A stretch of 64,000 nt of DNA, taken from the NCBI GenBank assembly GCA_963751705.1, contig CAVVVN010000008.1, positions 131,259 through 195,258 of the forward strand. The letters run 5' to 3'. This stretch comes from an uncultured Bacteroidales bacterium (GTDB taxonomy: Bacteria > Bacteroidota > Bacteroidia > Bacteroidales > GCA-2748055). Both the position numbers and the translations under genes were made by a program. Positions 35,117 through 45,085 of the stretch are shown in pieces (the first letter of the stretch is position 1; every line of letters starts with the position of its first letter). The notes under the pieces are model-generated. The model was not told the DNA's origin and made no database searches. It saw only the letters and a list, made by a program, of their open reading frames with translations.

Positions 35117-37405
35117 CTAATTTTTCCACAATGCTCCCGGTTCAGGTCCCATTTCATATTGAAGTACTCCTCCTTCTACTATTTGATGAAAGGGGATCTG
35201 AGGTTTTTCTATGGGATCCCCATTAAGGGTCGCCTTCTGGATATAGATATTCTCCTGGCTGTTGTTCTTTGCTTCAATCACAAATGTTTTCCCTGGATAG
35301 TAATCCGGGTCCAGGTGTATGGTGATCTTTTCGAACAGGGGACTTGTAAGGTCAACCACAGGTTCCAGGTTTACACCGCCCACCATCTCGAACAATCCCA
35401 TGGCGCTGATCACAAACCACCCACCCATCTGCCCCTCATCCTCGTCTCCTTCCCAACCGTGATAAGGAGTGGAACCATAGTACTTATCCATGATGGCCCT
35501 GCTGTATTTCTGGGTCAGCCAGGGCTTGCCCGAATAATTAAACAGATAGGCAGCTTGCATATTTCCCTGGTTGCCATGATTGATATAGTACTCAACTGCA
35601 TCTGTCCTGGCCCTGTCAAAAGCGTGAGCCGCAAAATCGTGTCTGACCGATTTTTCAAATCCCTCTTCCAAACGCTTACTAAAAGCATCATTTCCTCCCA
35701 TGGCCTCAATGAGCCCCTTAATATCATGTGCCACGTACCAGGAGTATTGCCATGAATTCCCTTCCGTGAAACTAAAACCTGAAAACGGATTAAAATCGTC
35801 CAGCCAGTTTCCCTCCGAATCGCGGGGAACCATATACTTCAGCTCCGGATGAAAAATATTTCTCCAGTACTCCGACTTGGCCATAAAATCCTTGTAATCC
35901 TTCTTCTTCTTCAGGCCTTTTGCCATTTGCGCCACGCAATAAAAATCAAACGCAATGTCCATGGTCACATCAGTCCTGAATACATCGTAGGGCATATAGC
36001 CCTTTTCCAGATAGGTATCCAGATACATATTTCCGGCCCATCCCTTTTTACCAGGGAACCGTGTACCCTGCTTGGTGACCGCATTTCTGACGGCTCTGTA
36101 TAGTTCCTCTCCATCTCCTTCCCATATACCCTTTTGCCATGCAGAGATCATCTGCACAATTTCATGAGTTACATCCATCACCCCGGTATGTTCAATGCCT
36201 GTGGGACCACAATTGGTCCAACCAGTCTTATCAAATAACTCCAGTTGGGTATTTACCCAGTTTTTCGTAATAGTCGGCGATAACAGCGAGTATACCATGT
36301 TGTGATTCCAGTAAGTATTCCAGAAGGCATCCCCTCCGTACATTTCAGATCCGGCAGGCAGTTGTTGCTCTCTTTCAAGGGGATCAATGTACTTCCCGTC
36401 CACATCGGTCCAGGTCTGCTTCTGGCAATAACAGCGATAGAGATTGGTGTAAAACTTCTTCATATTCTCCTCTGTTCCTCCCTCAACCTCAACACGACCC
36501 AGCACTTCACTCCACTCTTTACGGGCATCAGCCACTGCAGCATCAAAATCCCAGCCAAATGGAGCAAGTTCTTTATTCAGGTTGTTTCTTGCCCCCTCGA
36601 GACTAACCAGCGACAATCCCACCTGTGCCATAACGGCTTCACCTTTTTTCACATCAAAGGTTACATAGGCTGCCACATCCTCTTTCCCTTTAATCTCCGT
36701 GACCCGTGGCTTTTCGCCGTCGGCTTTGGTCCAGCCAACCATATATTGAATATCCTTATTAAAACGAATCTCAAAATGCAATACATACTCCGTCCACGCC
36801 TTCATGGATGAATACCCTGACAGAGTACGCGGACCGGTCTGTTCAATGACTCCATCCACCAGTTTCTGGTTATATTCATCAGGTATGGAGAGATCGATCA
36901 TCACCCGGGCATCCTCATAGTCGTTATGGAAGGTATACTTATGAAATCCGCACCGGGCAGTGGCTGTGAGCTCCGCTCTGGCATCACTGTCATACAACTC
37001 CACGGTATAGTAGCCGGGGAAGCCTTTTTCTGTCTCCTTGAACACACGCGAATGGTAAGCAGCCCCGGCTCCCCTGTAAGCACAATCGGGAGGAGTATCC
37101 TTAAAAGTAGGATCCTGCACCTGGGGCATCATCAGCAAACCGGACATGGTCCAGGCATGGAGATGGCTAAATCCGGAAACATTGTTGATGGAGTAATCAT
37201 ATCCGGCCATCCACCCCCGGTTTTGATTGTCAGGCCCCAGCTGGACCATCCCATAGGGTCTGCCCGCATAGGGTCCCAGCATCCAACGGGAGTTGGAGGT
37301 ACCCAGAAACACATCCACATAATCGATGGGCCCTTTCTCCTGACCAAAGCCCTGAAAGGTTAAAGAAATCAATAAGCTTAATGATATTAGATGTGCTCTT
37401 TTCAT
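35117..37405 (-). CDS. GH92 alpha-mannosidase
   Basis: ATG at 37405 (the track starts at GTG 37408). YVDVFLGT, SHLHAWTMSG, NHGNQGNMQAAYLFNYSGKPWLTQKY, and GDEDEGQMGGWFV. Confidence 0.9.
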   Translation of the reverse strand: MKRAHLISLSLLISLTFQGFGQEKGPIDYVDVFLGTSNSRWMLGPYAGRPYGMVQLGPDNQNRGWMAGYDYSINNVSGFSHLHAWTMSGLLMMPQVQDPTFKDTPPDCAYRGAGAAYHSRVFKETEKGFPGYYTVELYDSDARAELTATARCGFHKYTFHNDYEDARVMIDLSIPDEYNQKLVDGVIEQTGPRTLSGYSSMKAWTEYVLHFEIRFNKDIQYMVGWTKADGEKPRVTEIKGKEDVAAYVTFDVKKGEAVMAQVGLSLVSLEGARNNLNKELAPFGWDFDAAVADARKEWSEVLGRVEVEGGTEENMKKFYTNLYRCYCQKQTWTDVDGKYIDPLEREQQLPAGSEMYGGDAFWNTYWNHNMVYSLLSPTITKNWVNTQLELFDKTGWTNCGPTGIEHTGVMDVTHEIVQMISAWQKGIWEGDGEELYRAVRNAVTKQGTRFPGKKGWAGNMYLDTYLEKGYMPYDVFRTDVTMDIAFDFYCVAQMAKGLKKKKDYKDFMAKSEYWRNIFHPELKYMVPRDSEGNWLDDFNPFSGFSFTEGNSWQYSWYVAHDIKGLIEAMGGNDAFSKRLEEGFEKSVRHDFAAHAFDRARTDAVEYYINHGNQGNMQAAYLFNYSGKPWLTQKYSRAIMDKYYGSTPYHGWEGDEDEGQMGGWFVISAMGLFEMVGGVNLEPVVDLTSPLFEKITIHLDPDYYPGKTFVIEAKNNSQENIYIQKATLNGDPIEKPQIPFHQIVEGGVLQYEMGPEPGALWKN

Positions 37406-37411
37406 CACTGA

Positions 37412-39721
37412 TTACTTAGGACTTAAAGGTCTGTTTTCGAATCCAGTTCCCCATGCTTCATTTGGTTTGGATCCCATCTCAAATACTAACTTGCCTCCAG
37501 CTTGCAGGTCACTTGCATATATCCAGCATTTAGTCAGTTCTTTTCCATTTAAAAATGCCTTCTGCACATATATATTTTCCGGGCTGTTATTCTTAGTTTC
37601 AATTACAAACTTACTTCCGGGATAATATTTTGGATCAAGTGTAATCTCGATTTTATCGAATAGTGGCGATCCGATTTCGTAAATTGGATTTTCGCGACAA
37701 CCTCCATCCAATTGAAATAAACCAATGCTGGTCATTACATACCAGGCTCCCATCTGCCCCTGATCTTCATCCCCTGGCCATCCATTATAGGGATTGTCGC
37801 CAAAATATTCCTGTATCATTAAACGCGAATATTTTTGGGTTAGCCAGGGTTTTCCCGAATAGTTAAATAACCAGGCTGCCTGCATGTTGGGCTGGTTCCC
37901 TACATTTACATATTCCGGGTGATAAAACTTCTTTTTGCGTGATTCAATCATCCCATGCTCCAACCGGTCGTTAAATGTACCTTCACCCATCAAATCAATT
38001 AGCCCATAAATATCCTGCGGAACAAACCAGGTGTATTGCCAGGCCGATCCTTCACAAAACCAGGTGGAATGTTGTAAGGGGTCAAAAGGTTCCATCCAGC
38101 TTCCATCAATATACCTGGGTCTCATAAATTTGATTTCAGGGTCAAACATATTACGGTAGTTTTGTCCCCGATTCATAAAATATTGATAATCTGATTTTTT
38201 ATCGAGCTGTTTTGCCATTTGAGCTACACACCAATCATCGTAAGCATATTCCAGGGTATTGGATGATCCGGCTTCAGACCATCTCCATCCGGCCTCCACC
38301 GGAACGTAGCCATGTTTCATGTAGGGTTCTAACTGACGGTTTCCAACAAAGCCGCCACCTTCGTGGTTACGTCCGGGGACGGTTTGCAGCTTGTACATGG
38401 CTTTGTATGCCTTCTCAACGTCAAAGTTGCGAATGCCATGCTGGTAGGCGGCAACAATGAAAGGTATTTCGTGAGAAGCCACCATAATTCCCGAGTATTC
38501 AATTCCGGTAGGACCTTTGGGTAACCATCCTCCGCGATCAGAAATTTCAAGCATGGAGTTCACCCATTTATTAGTTAAATCAGGTGAAATCATATTCCAC
38601 AATTGGTTTATGTTCCAGAAAGTAGTCCAGAGAGCATCGCACCCATAAATTCCATTGTCAGGATCATCAAGAACCTGTACCTTTTCGTACATGTCCCGAT
38701 ACATTCCATTCACATCAGAGAAATCTGCCCGTGCTGTATAGGTGCGATATAAATTTGTATAGAATTTTCGCTTATCGGCCTCTTCTCCTTCTACTTTAAT
38801 TTTACTCAATAAGTCATTCCACACTTCTGCTCCATGAGCTTTACAGGCTTCGAAGTCCCATCCAAAAGGCTCATTCGATTCTTTTTCAAGGTTTAACCGG
38901 GCTTGTTCGACACTAACAAAAGAAATTCCTGTTTTCAGAAGAACCTGCTCTCCTTCGTTTGTCGCAAACTCAAGATATGCACCAAAATCACCATTTCCAT
39001 AGAAAGTGGTTTCATCACTATCCGGGGTATTATTTAAACCTCCCCAAGTACCAATTGATGTAAATGGTTTGTTCAGTTTTGCCACAAAATAGATGGTATA
39101 ATCATTTTGTAAACGACAATTAATTCCCTGTCCCATTTGAGTACTATGGCCCACAATCTCTGTATCACTTATCTTTTCAACTTTGGTGTCGTATTGCCGA
39201 TACCCGTATTCTGTTGGAATTGTAAGATCAAACAGGATACGTGATTTCTTTGCTTTTGGATAAGTATATCGTTGAAATCCGGTACGTTTGGTCGCAGTTA
39301 TTTCTGCCCGGATTTTGTAGTCTTCTAAGGTGACAGCATAGTATCCGGGAGTGGCTACTTCTGTATCATGACTAAACCGGGAGCGATACCCCGAATCCGG
39401 ATCTTTTGGATGACCCGGTTCCGTTTTTAACTTGCCGGTTGTTGGCATAGTTAACAAACCGCCCATTACCCAGGAATGAATATGACTAAACCCTGCAATA
39501 TTTTCTATGGAATATTCGTATCCTGCTTTCCATCCCTGCGTTTGGTTGTCGGGACTTAAATTTACCATTCCGGATGGCATGGTTACTCCCGGGAACAGCA
39601 TCCAGCGGGAATCTGCTGTGCCAATCATAGGGTCGACATAATCAACTGCTTGTTTTGCTTGTGCTAAACAATTTATTCCTGATAAGAATAACATTAGAAT
39701 AAGTGCCATAATATTTTTCAT
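37412..39721 (-). CDS. GH92 alpha-mannosidase
   Basis: 769 aa, signal ..NCLAQA. YVDPMIGT, SHIHSWVMGG, NVGNQPNMQAAWLFNYSGKPWLTQKY, and [13 protein letters not shown]. Confidence 0.9.
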   Translation of the reverse strand: MKNIMALILMLFLSGINCLAQAKQAVDYVDPMIGTADSRWMLFPGVTMPSGMVNLSPDNQTQGWKAGYEYSIENIAGFSHIHSWVMGGLLTMPTTGKLKTEPGHPKDPDSGYRSRFSHDTEVATPGYYAVTLEDYKIRAEITATKRTGFQRYTYPKAKKSRILFDLTIPTEYGYRQYDTKVEKISDTEIVGHSTQMGQGINCRLQNDYTIYFVAKLNKPFTSIGTWGGLNNTPDSDETTFYGNGDFGAYLEFATNEGEQVLLKTGISFVSVEQARLNLEKESNEPFGWDFEACKAHGAEVWNDLLSKIKVEGEEADKRKFYTNLYRTYTARADFSDVNGMYRDMYEKVQVLDDPDNGIYGCDALWTTFWNINQLWNMISPDLTNKWVNSMLEISDRGGWLPKGPTGIEYSGIMVASHEIPFIVAAYQHGIRNFDVEKAYKAMYKLQTVPGRNHEGGGFVGNRQLEPYMKHGYVPVEAGWRWSEAGSSNTLEYAYDDWCVAQMAKQLDKKSDYQYFMNRGQNYRNMFDPEIKFMRPRYIDGSWMEPFDPLQHSTWFCEGSAWQYTWFVPQDIYGLIDLMGEGTFNDRLEHGMIESRKKKFYHPEYVNVGNQPNMQAAWLFNYSGKPWLTQKYSRLMIQEYFGDNPYNGWPGDEDQGQMGAWYVMTSIGLFQLDGGCRENPIYEIGSPLFDKIEITLDPKYYPGSKFVIETKNNSPENIYVQKAFLNGKELTKCWIYASDLQAGGKLVFEMGSKPNEAWGTGFENRPLSPK

Positions 39722-39779
39722 ACGCCGATTATTTGAATATTTAAATCCAATAAAAATCTCATAAAAGTGTCAGGATTGA

Positions 39780-42701
39780 TTACCACTTCACTTTAATAAA
39801 TTTCGTTTCATAGGGAAGTAATGCCACGCTGGCAACATCATTCGGTGATTCTCCGAGTACGTCAACCTCCTGCGTTTGAAAAGTGTTGATCCCTTTTACT
39901 GCAAAATTTGTTTGTTCCCCATTTAGTTCGCGTAAGTGAAAGATAACGGCATTTTCACCGGTCAGTGGTTTTGAATTAACCAATAATACATTGTTTGGGA
40001 ACTCCTCAAATACAGATTCAAAGTCATTGTTACGCTCAGTCTTTCCTGCAGGGATGACACGGCCTAACAAGGGGATCCTTGCATTCCAGCCAAATTGAGT
40101 TGAAAAACTATTGGATACATCGGCGGAAGAAGTAAAGTAATAGGTCCATTCAAACTCACCACGTTGGTCTACTGCAAAGTTTGTAACCCAGTAATTGTTC
40201 ATGGGCCAGCCAATCACATATGGTTTTTCAGGTTTTGCTGAAGCGTCGTAGCGCCCGGTGTTAATCCCCCCAAACTGCATCAGTGCGGTTTCGGGACTTC
40301 CAAAAACCAATTGTGTATCCTCATTTTTTACCGACACAAAATTCTGTACGGTGTTCCAGTCATTTGATGATCCGGGAATTTGATCTACTCCTGCTTCAAT
40401 CACCCCACCCTGGACTTCAAAATTGATCTTCCCATTTTCAAGTTGAAAAGGGAATGCCGCATAAATTGATTCCGGATCAGTAACGGGCTTTTTAACGACG
40501 TTGTAAACAAAGTCAATCCTTTTTGTTGTGTTATAAAGCCTGATTCCCAGCTTAAAACCCTCATCGCCATAAGCGGCCATTTCCATTTTCCCGGCAAAGT
40601 GCATCTCCTTCCAGATGGGCTGATTTTCAATTCCTTTGAAAGCAAAATTCGCAAGGCCATATCGCTTGTAGTCCTGCATCCACTTACGATCGGGTTCCCT
40701 CCTTTCGACCAGATGGCCTTTGTTTATTTCCGCCCTGTTTCCTAATTGTTCGTAAATAATTTCACCCAGTTTCCAGGGTGCATTTTTATCGACAAGTTCT
40801 TTGTTTAGTTCTTTGTCGATCAAGCTTGTAACAACTCCTTTTTTCGTGTCAACCACAATTTTGTACCACTTATTTTCCAGGGAAGAAAGCTCATTTGTAT
40901 CCATTTTCACTCTCTTTCTGCTGGCATCTTCATTGACTTCTATCCGTAACTGCTTACAGCCAAAAGCGGGAACATCATTCACCCAAATCAGCCAGTATGC
41001 ACTACCTCCGTGAGCTTCGTACACCTGTGCGGGCATTATGTCCCCTTTCTCATCTATGATCTTAAACTCCTTATTTATTGGAAGTTGCTGCTCGTCTATA
41101 TAAACCTTCATGCAGGCACTCCGTTTCCATGCCATGGTGTTAAACACTGCGATACTTGGCACATCAAGTTTAGGAATGTATTCCTGCAACAGGCCCATCG
41201 CCTCTTCATTAACAGAGCGAGCCCTGCGATGAGCTTCCCAGGCATAGGATTCTTTCAGAGCCCTTTGTTCCATAGATCCTTTGCTATAGGGGCGGCTAAT
41301 ACTTGCATGAAATCCAAAGGTATGTTCGTCGTAAAACAGGATGGCATCATTCACAGCAAAGATCCTTTCGTCAATCTCAGCTGGCATCTTTTCCCCAAGT
41401 ACTTTAGCCATGCTCAATGCTTCCTGGGACGCAATAATATCCACATGGGATTCCCTCGATTTACTAACCTCTCTTGCACCGGAACCAAACCCATCGGTCC
41501 ACCAATCGGGCCAGGCAGCACGATAAACTTCTAATTCATCAGCATGTTTTTCTTCAATTTCTTCGAAAAATTCGTATGCTGTTGCGGTTTTTATTTTGGG
41601 CCAATCATATTTCTTGTTCCATTTCATTACCATCTCACAAGCACTTTGTGATGGGGGGGAATTATCAGTTGTATATCCTGAATGCTGAATTGAAGCAATA
41701 TCAAATGGATAGCCTAATTCATATATTTCTGCCAGATATATCAACATTTTCTTTTCAAAATTTTCAAAATCATCTCCATGAATTCCGAAAAAATTACCGT
41801 GCATGTAGTGTTCGGCACGGTGAGCCAACATTCTTTTCCCTGAAGGTGATTCCCACCAAAAAACTGTTGGTTTATCAAAGGGAATTAAAGCCCGGTGCCC
41901 ATGAGTTCCCATATTCAGGTATTTTACGCCCAATGTATTATAGTAATCGCTAAAACACCAGCCAATACCATTCACATCATTTTGCATGGCTACTTTTGCC
42001 TGTAAGCCGTGCTTACGGAACTCTTCAAATGGTTTTAAAGAAGATGCGTACGTTTGTTCATCTGGCATTTCGTCAAAGTTCAGGTACATGGCGGCCAGTT
42101 CTATGCGGCCTTCTTTTACTCTTTGCTTCAGGCGGTCAATCTGTTTTTGAGGCCTTGAGATCAGATATTTTTCCACCGGCCATGTGACTTCACAGGTCCA
42201 TCTGAATTTTGCAGCATCTGGATAATCATCAGTTTGATCACAATAGTCGAGTGCATAATCAATAAACCTTAAATGCTCCGCTAAAATATCACTCTGGGGG
42301 CGTGTATACCCAATATCCGTATGCGTGTGTTGCACAAAATTCACCCGCCATTTCCGGGAAGGCATAGCAGTTGCTGTTATGGAAGTTGTTTTATCATCAA
42401 CAAGCAGTTTTAAGCCTGTTACCTTCCGGCTTTTATTAGCTTTGGCAAAAAAGAACAGGTCGTTATTTCCCTTACGCAATCTTTGTTTGATTATCACGCG
42501 GTTGCCCTGTTTGATAATGGCTTCTGTGTTGTTTTCCCCCTCATACGCGACCTTACACAATATGGGTAACTCCGTCTGATTATTCTTTAGTTCGGCTTGT
42601 AAAACCACAGCTTTTGTTATTGTAATTTTGTCTTCCGGTATTCCGGAAACAAAACCAGAACAGATAATTAAGAGCGTAATAATAATGGTTAGTTTTGTCA
42701 T
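39780..42701 (-). CDS. GH38-type alpha-mannosidase, copy A
   Basis: 973 aa with a signal peptide. Metal-site-like VNFVQHTHTDIGYT. Large multi-domain architecture. Colinear without indels with 59255-62176 (constant offset 19,475 nt). Confidence 0.8.
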   Translation of the reverse strand: MTKLTIIITLLIICSGFVSGIPEDKITITKAVVLQAELKNNQTELPILCKVAYEGENNTEAIIKQGNRVIIKQRLRKGNNDLFFFAKANKSRKVTGLKLLVDDKTTSITATAMPSRKWRVNFVQHTHTDIGYTRPQSDILAEHLRFIDYALDYCDQTDDYPDAAKFRWTCEVTWPVEKYLISRPQKQIDRLKQRVKEGRIELAAMYLNFDEMPDEQTYASSLKPFEEFRKHGLQAKVAMQNDVNGIGWCFSDYYNTLGVKYLNMGTHGHRALIPFDKPTVFWWESPSGKRMLAHRAEHYMHGNFFGIHGDDFENFEKKMLIYLAEIYELGYPFDIASIQHSGYTTDNSPPSQSACEMVMKWNKKYDWPKIKTATAYEFFEEIEEKHADELEVYRAAWPDWWTDGFGSGAREVSKSRESHVDIIASQEALSMAKVLGEKMPAEIDERIFAVNDAILFYDEHTFGFHASISRPYSKGSMEQRALKESYAWEAHRRARSVNEEAMGLLQEYIPKLDVPSIAVFNTMAWKRSACMKVYIDEQQLPINKEFKIIDEKGDIMPAQVYEAHGGSAYWLIWVNDVPAFGCKQLRIEVNEDASRKRVKMDTNELSSLENKWYKIVVDTKKGVVTSLIDKELNKELVDKNAPWKLGEIIYEQLGNRAEINKGHLVERREPDRKWMQDYKRYGLANFAFKGIENQPIWKEMHFAGKMEMAAYGDEGFKLGIRLYNTTKRIDFVYNVVKKPVTDPESIYAAFPFQLENGKINFEVQGGVIEAGVDQIPGSSNDWNTVQNFVSVKNEDTQLVFGSPETALMQFGGINTGRYDASAKPEKPYVIGWPMNNYWVTNFAVDQRGEFEWTYYFTSSADVSNSFSTQFGWNARIPLLGRVIPAGKTERNNDFESVFEEFPNNVLLVNSKPLTGENAVIFHLRELNGEQTNFAVKGINTFQTQEVDVLGESPNDVASVALLPYETKFIKVKW
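40531..41483 (-). repeat. Near-identical core of the GH38 duplication (copy A side)
   Basis: Aligned by eye to 60006-60958. I find only 4 substitutions in 953 bp (40761, 40767, 41015, 41046). 41047-41483 is a 437-bp perfect match. The next 60 nt (41521-41580) show 15 mismatches. Confidence 0.85.
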
Positions 42702-42754
42702 GGTTTTAATTTTATCATGTTAGTTATTGTGTATTCTGCTACCTGAAGATAACC

Positions 42755-45031
42755 CTATTTCCCCCATTCCAAGTTGGGCCTTGGTCCCATCTTCAGAATT
42801 AGCGAGCCACCTTTAATCAGGTCTGAATGATTAAACCTGGGGGAATCCAATTGCTTTCCATTTAAAACAGCCGATTGAATGTATTTATTCTTTGCAGATA
42901 CATCATTGGCTTCGATATAAAATGTCTTGCCATTTCCCAGGTCTATGCTAACCTTATCAAAAAGCGGACTCCCAATATCATAAACCGGACTTCCCGGACA
43001 AACAGGATAAAATCCCATTGCACTGAAGATATACCAGGAAGACAACTCTCCTTCATCCTCATCACCACATATTCCTAAAGGGCCATCATTATACCATATT
43101 TTCATGATATCCCTTACTCTACGTTGCGTCTTCCATGGCTCGCCGGCATAATTGTATAAGTAAGAAATGTGAAAACCAGGTTGGTTTCCATGGCTGTATT
43201 GTCCGATTAATCCTGTCCCGTCAGGAAACTGATTAAGGAATCGATACTTTGATCCTCTGCCGTATTGTGTCTGAAACAGAGCATCCAGCTTTGAAATGAA
43301 CTTCTCCCTTCCTCCCATAAGTGTAATGAGACCTTCAACATCCTGGGGAACATGAAAAGTGTAGGTCCAGGCGTTTGTTTCCGTATAATAGTCGCGTCCG
43401 CCCTGGCCTCCACTCCAAATGGGATCCAACATCTTGTCATTAAAAACCCAATTCCCATCCGCAAGCTTAGGTGCCATAAAACCGATACGGGAATCATACA
43501 GATTCTTATAATTCTGGGCCCGCTTCGTAAAAAGGTCGTAATCCTCCTTTTTATGTAAGGTTTTGGCCATCTGAGCCATGCACCAATCATCGTAACAATG
43601 CTCCAATGTAACCGCTACGGCCTGTCTTTTTTCGAAATTTTTTACCTGCGGAACCCATTCCTCCTGTCCCAAAGCGAGTGCCGGAAAAAATCCCTTTTCA
43701 ATATAAACGCTATCCAATTCGGTCAGAGGACCATTTTGCCAGGGAATCATTGTAGCCTGCAGTGCATTTTTTTTCATCCCTTCATAGGCTTTTTCTACAT
43801 CAAAATCCCTGAAACCCTTAAAATAGGCATCTGTTATGGTCACGATTTCATGTCGCGCAATCATCACCCGCCGTTTTAAGGCAGCATCACCAAGCCACCC
43901 GGTTTGTTCATACATGCGCAGATAAGAGCGAATAATATCATTTTGTCTTTCAGGCTCCAGAAGCAGACCTAAAGGGTACAATGATCTAAAAGATCCCCAA
44001 CTTTCACCCATCTGGTAAAAGTCGTGTCCATCAGTGGAATGAACCTGATTATCGAACCCGCTAAAATATTGTCCATATTCTGAGATATTCGTAGTTTTTC
44101 TTCCCAGAACCCGATACATAGCGGTGTAGAATATGGTGCGTTGGCTCTCTGTTCCTCCCTCGATTTGCACTTTATTCAATGCTGTGTTCCAGATGTCTCT
44201 TCCGATTTTCTTTATACGCTCAAAATCCCAGTCTGGAATCTCCCTTTCTAAATTGAGTTTGGCCTGTTCCTCACTTATGAATGAGAAGCCTACCTTAACC
44301 AGAATCTGTTCCCCCTCATCGGTAGGATATTTGGCATAAAGGCCAATATTTTTTCCTGATATAAGCTTCTCACCCCCTGATACATCTTTGCCTTTCCAGG
44401 TCCCAAAAGTGTTGATAGGTTTGTGGAATCTTGAATAGAAGTATATTTTTCTTGGAACGTCATCACCCCGTGTGGAGATTTGATACCCCTCGATAGCATC
44501 ATTGCTTACTATCTTCACAGCTGCATCCTGGAGCAATCCAATCAGTAGATTGGAATTTTCAGACTGAGGGAAGGTGAAGCGATAGATTCCAGAATGTTGA
44601 GTAACAGTATATTCAGCCTCGATATCGTAATCTTCCAGAAGAACAGAGTAGTAATAAGGAGTGGCTTTCTCAAGATCATGGTCAAAGCCCGAAGCGTTTT
44701 TATCCGGATCAACGGAGATATCTCCTGTTGTGGCCATGATCGTAAAGGCCCGGACTGAAAAATCGTTTGACATTGAATTTGCAGAAAAGGCATAAATCTT
44801 ATCTGCAAGATATGTATCTCTGATTCCGGGAGTCGTTCTCTGGGTCAGTCGAATCATCCCCCGTGGTAACTGAACATCGGGTGTCGTGGCTTTAAGAAGA
44901 TGCCCGATTGAACCTATATATGGATTCACATAATCCACCAGCTCCTGGCCATATAGGAACTTAGGCATGGCAGTGAAAATCAGACAGAAAGCAATTGATA
45001 AAGTCGTAAAATGACAGGATTTTGTTCCCAT
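42755..45031 (-). CDS. GH92 alpha-mannosidase (divergent member)
   Basis: 758 aa. YVNPYIGS, SHGNQPGFHISYLYNYAGEPWKTQRR, and GDEDEGELSSWYI (the usual GQM is replaced by GEL). Confidence 0.85.
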   Translation of the reverse strand: MGTKSCHFTTLSIAFCLIFTAMPKFLYGQELVDYVNPYIGSIGHLLKATTPDVQLPRGMIRLTQRTTPGIRDTYLADKIYAFSANSMSNDFSVRAFTIMATTGDISVDPDKNASGFDHDLEKATPYYYSVLLEDYDIEAEYTVTQHSGIYRFTFPQSENSNLLIGLLQDAAVKIVSNDAIEGYQISTRGDDVPRKIYFYSRFHKPINTFGTWKGKDVSGGEKLISGKNIGLYAKYPTDEGEQILVKVGFSFISEEQAKLNLEREIPDWDFERIKKIGRDIWNTALNKVQIEGGTESQRTIFYTAMYRVLGRKTTNISEYGQYFSGFDNQVHSTDGHDFYQMGESWGSFRSLYPLGLLLEPERQNDIIRSYLRMYEQTGWLGDAALKRRVMIARHEIVTITDAYFKGFRDFDVEKAYEGMKKNALQATMIPWQNGPLTELDSVYIEKGFFPALALGQEEWVPQVKNFEKRQAVAVTLEHCYDDWCMAQMAKTLHKKEDYDLFTKRAQNYKNLYDSRIGFMAPKLADGNWVFNDKMLDPIWSGGQGGRDYYTETNAWTYTFHVPQDVEGLITLMGGREKFISKLDALFQTQYGRGSKYRFLNQFPDGTGLIGQYSHGNQPGFHISYLYNYAGEPWKTQRRVRDIMKIWYNDGPLGICGDEDEGELSSWYIFSAMGFYPVCPGSPVYDIGSPLFDKVSIDLGNGKTFYIEANDVSAKNKYIQSAVLNGKQLDSPRFNHSDLIKGGSLILKMGPRPNLEWGK

Positions 45032-45085
45032 TTTTGAAAGATTTTTCAGTTTATTAACATTGATTGATTCATCTATTGCATTCGT

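Noticed and set aside
35159-35755. Long antisense ORFs on the plus strand throughout 10-64 kb. Examples: 35159-35755 (198 aa), 60485-61135 (216 aa), 14493-15035 (180 aa), 25015-25539, 27180-27698, 36302-36811 and 41010-41534.
   Set aside because: Each lies entirely inside a long, motif-rich minus-strand gene (GH92, GH38, sulfatase etc.). They have low-complexity or odd composition and no recognisable motifs. They are shadow ORFs of the real genes.
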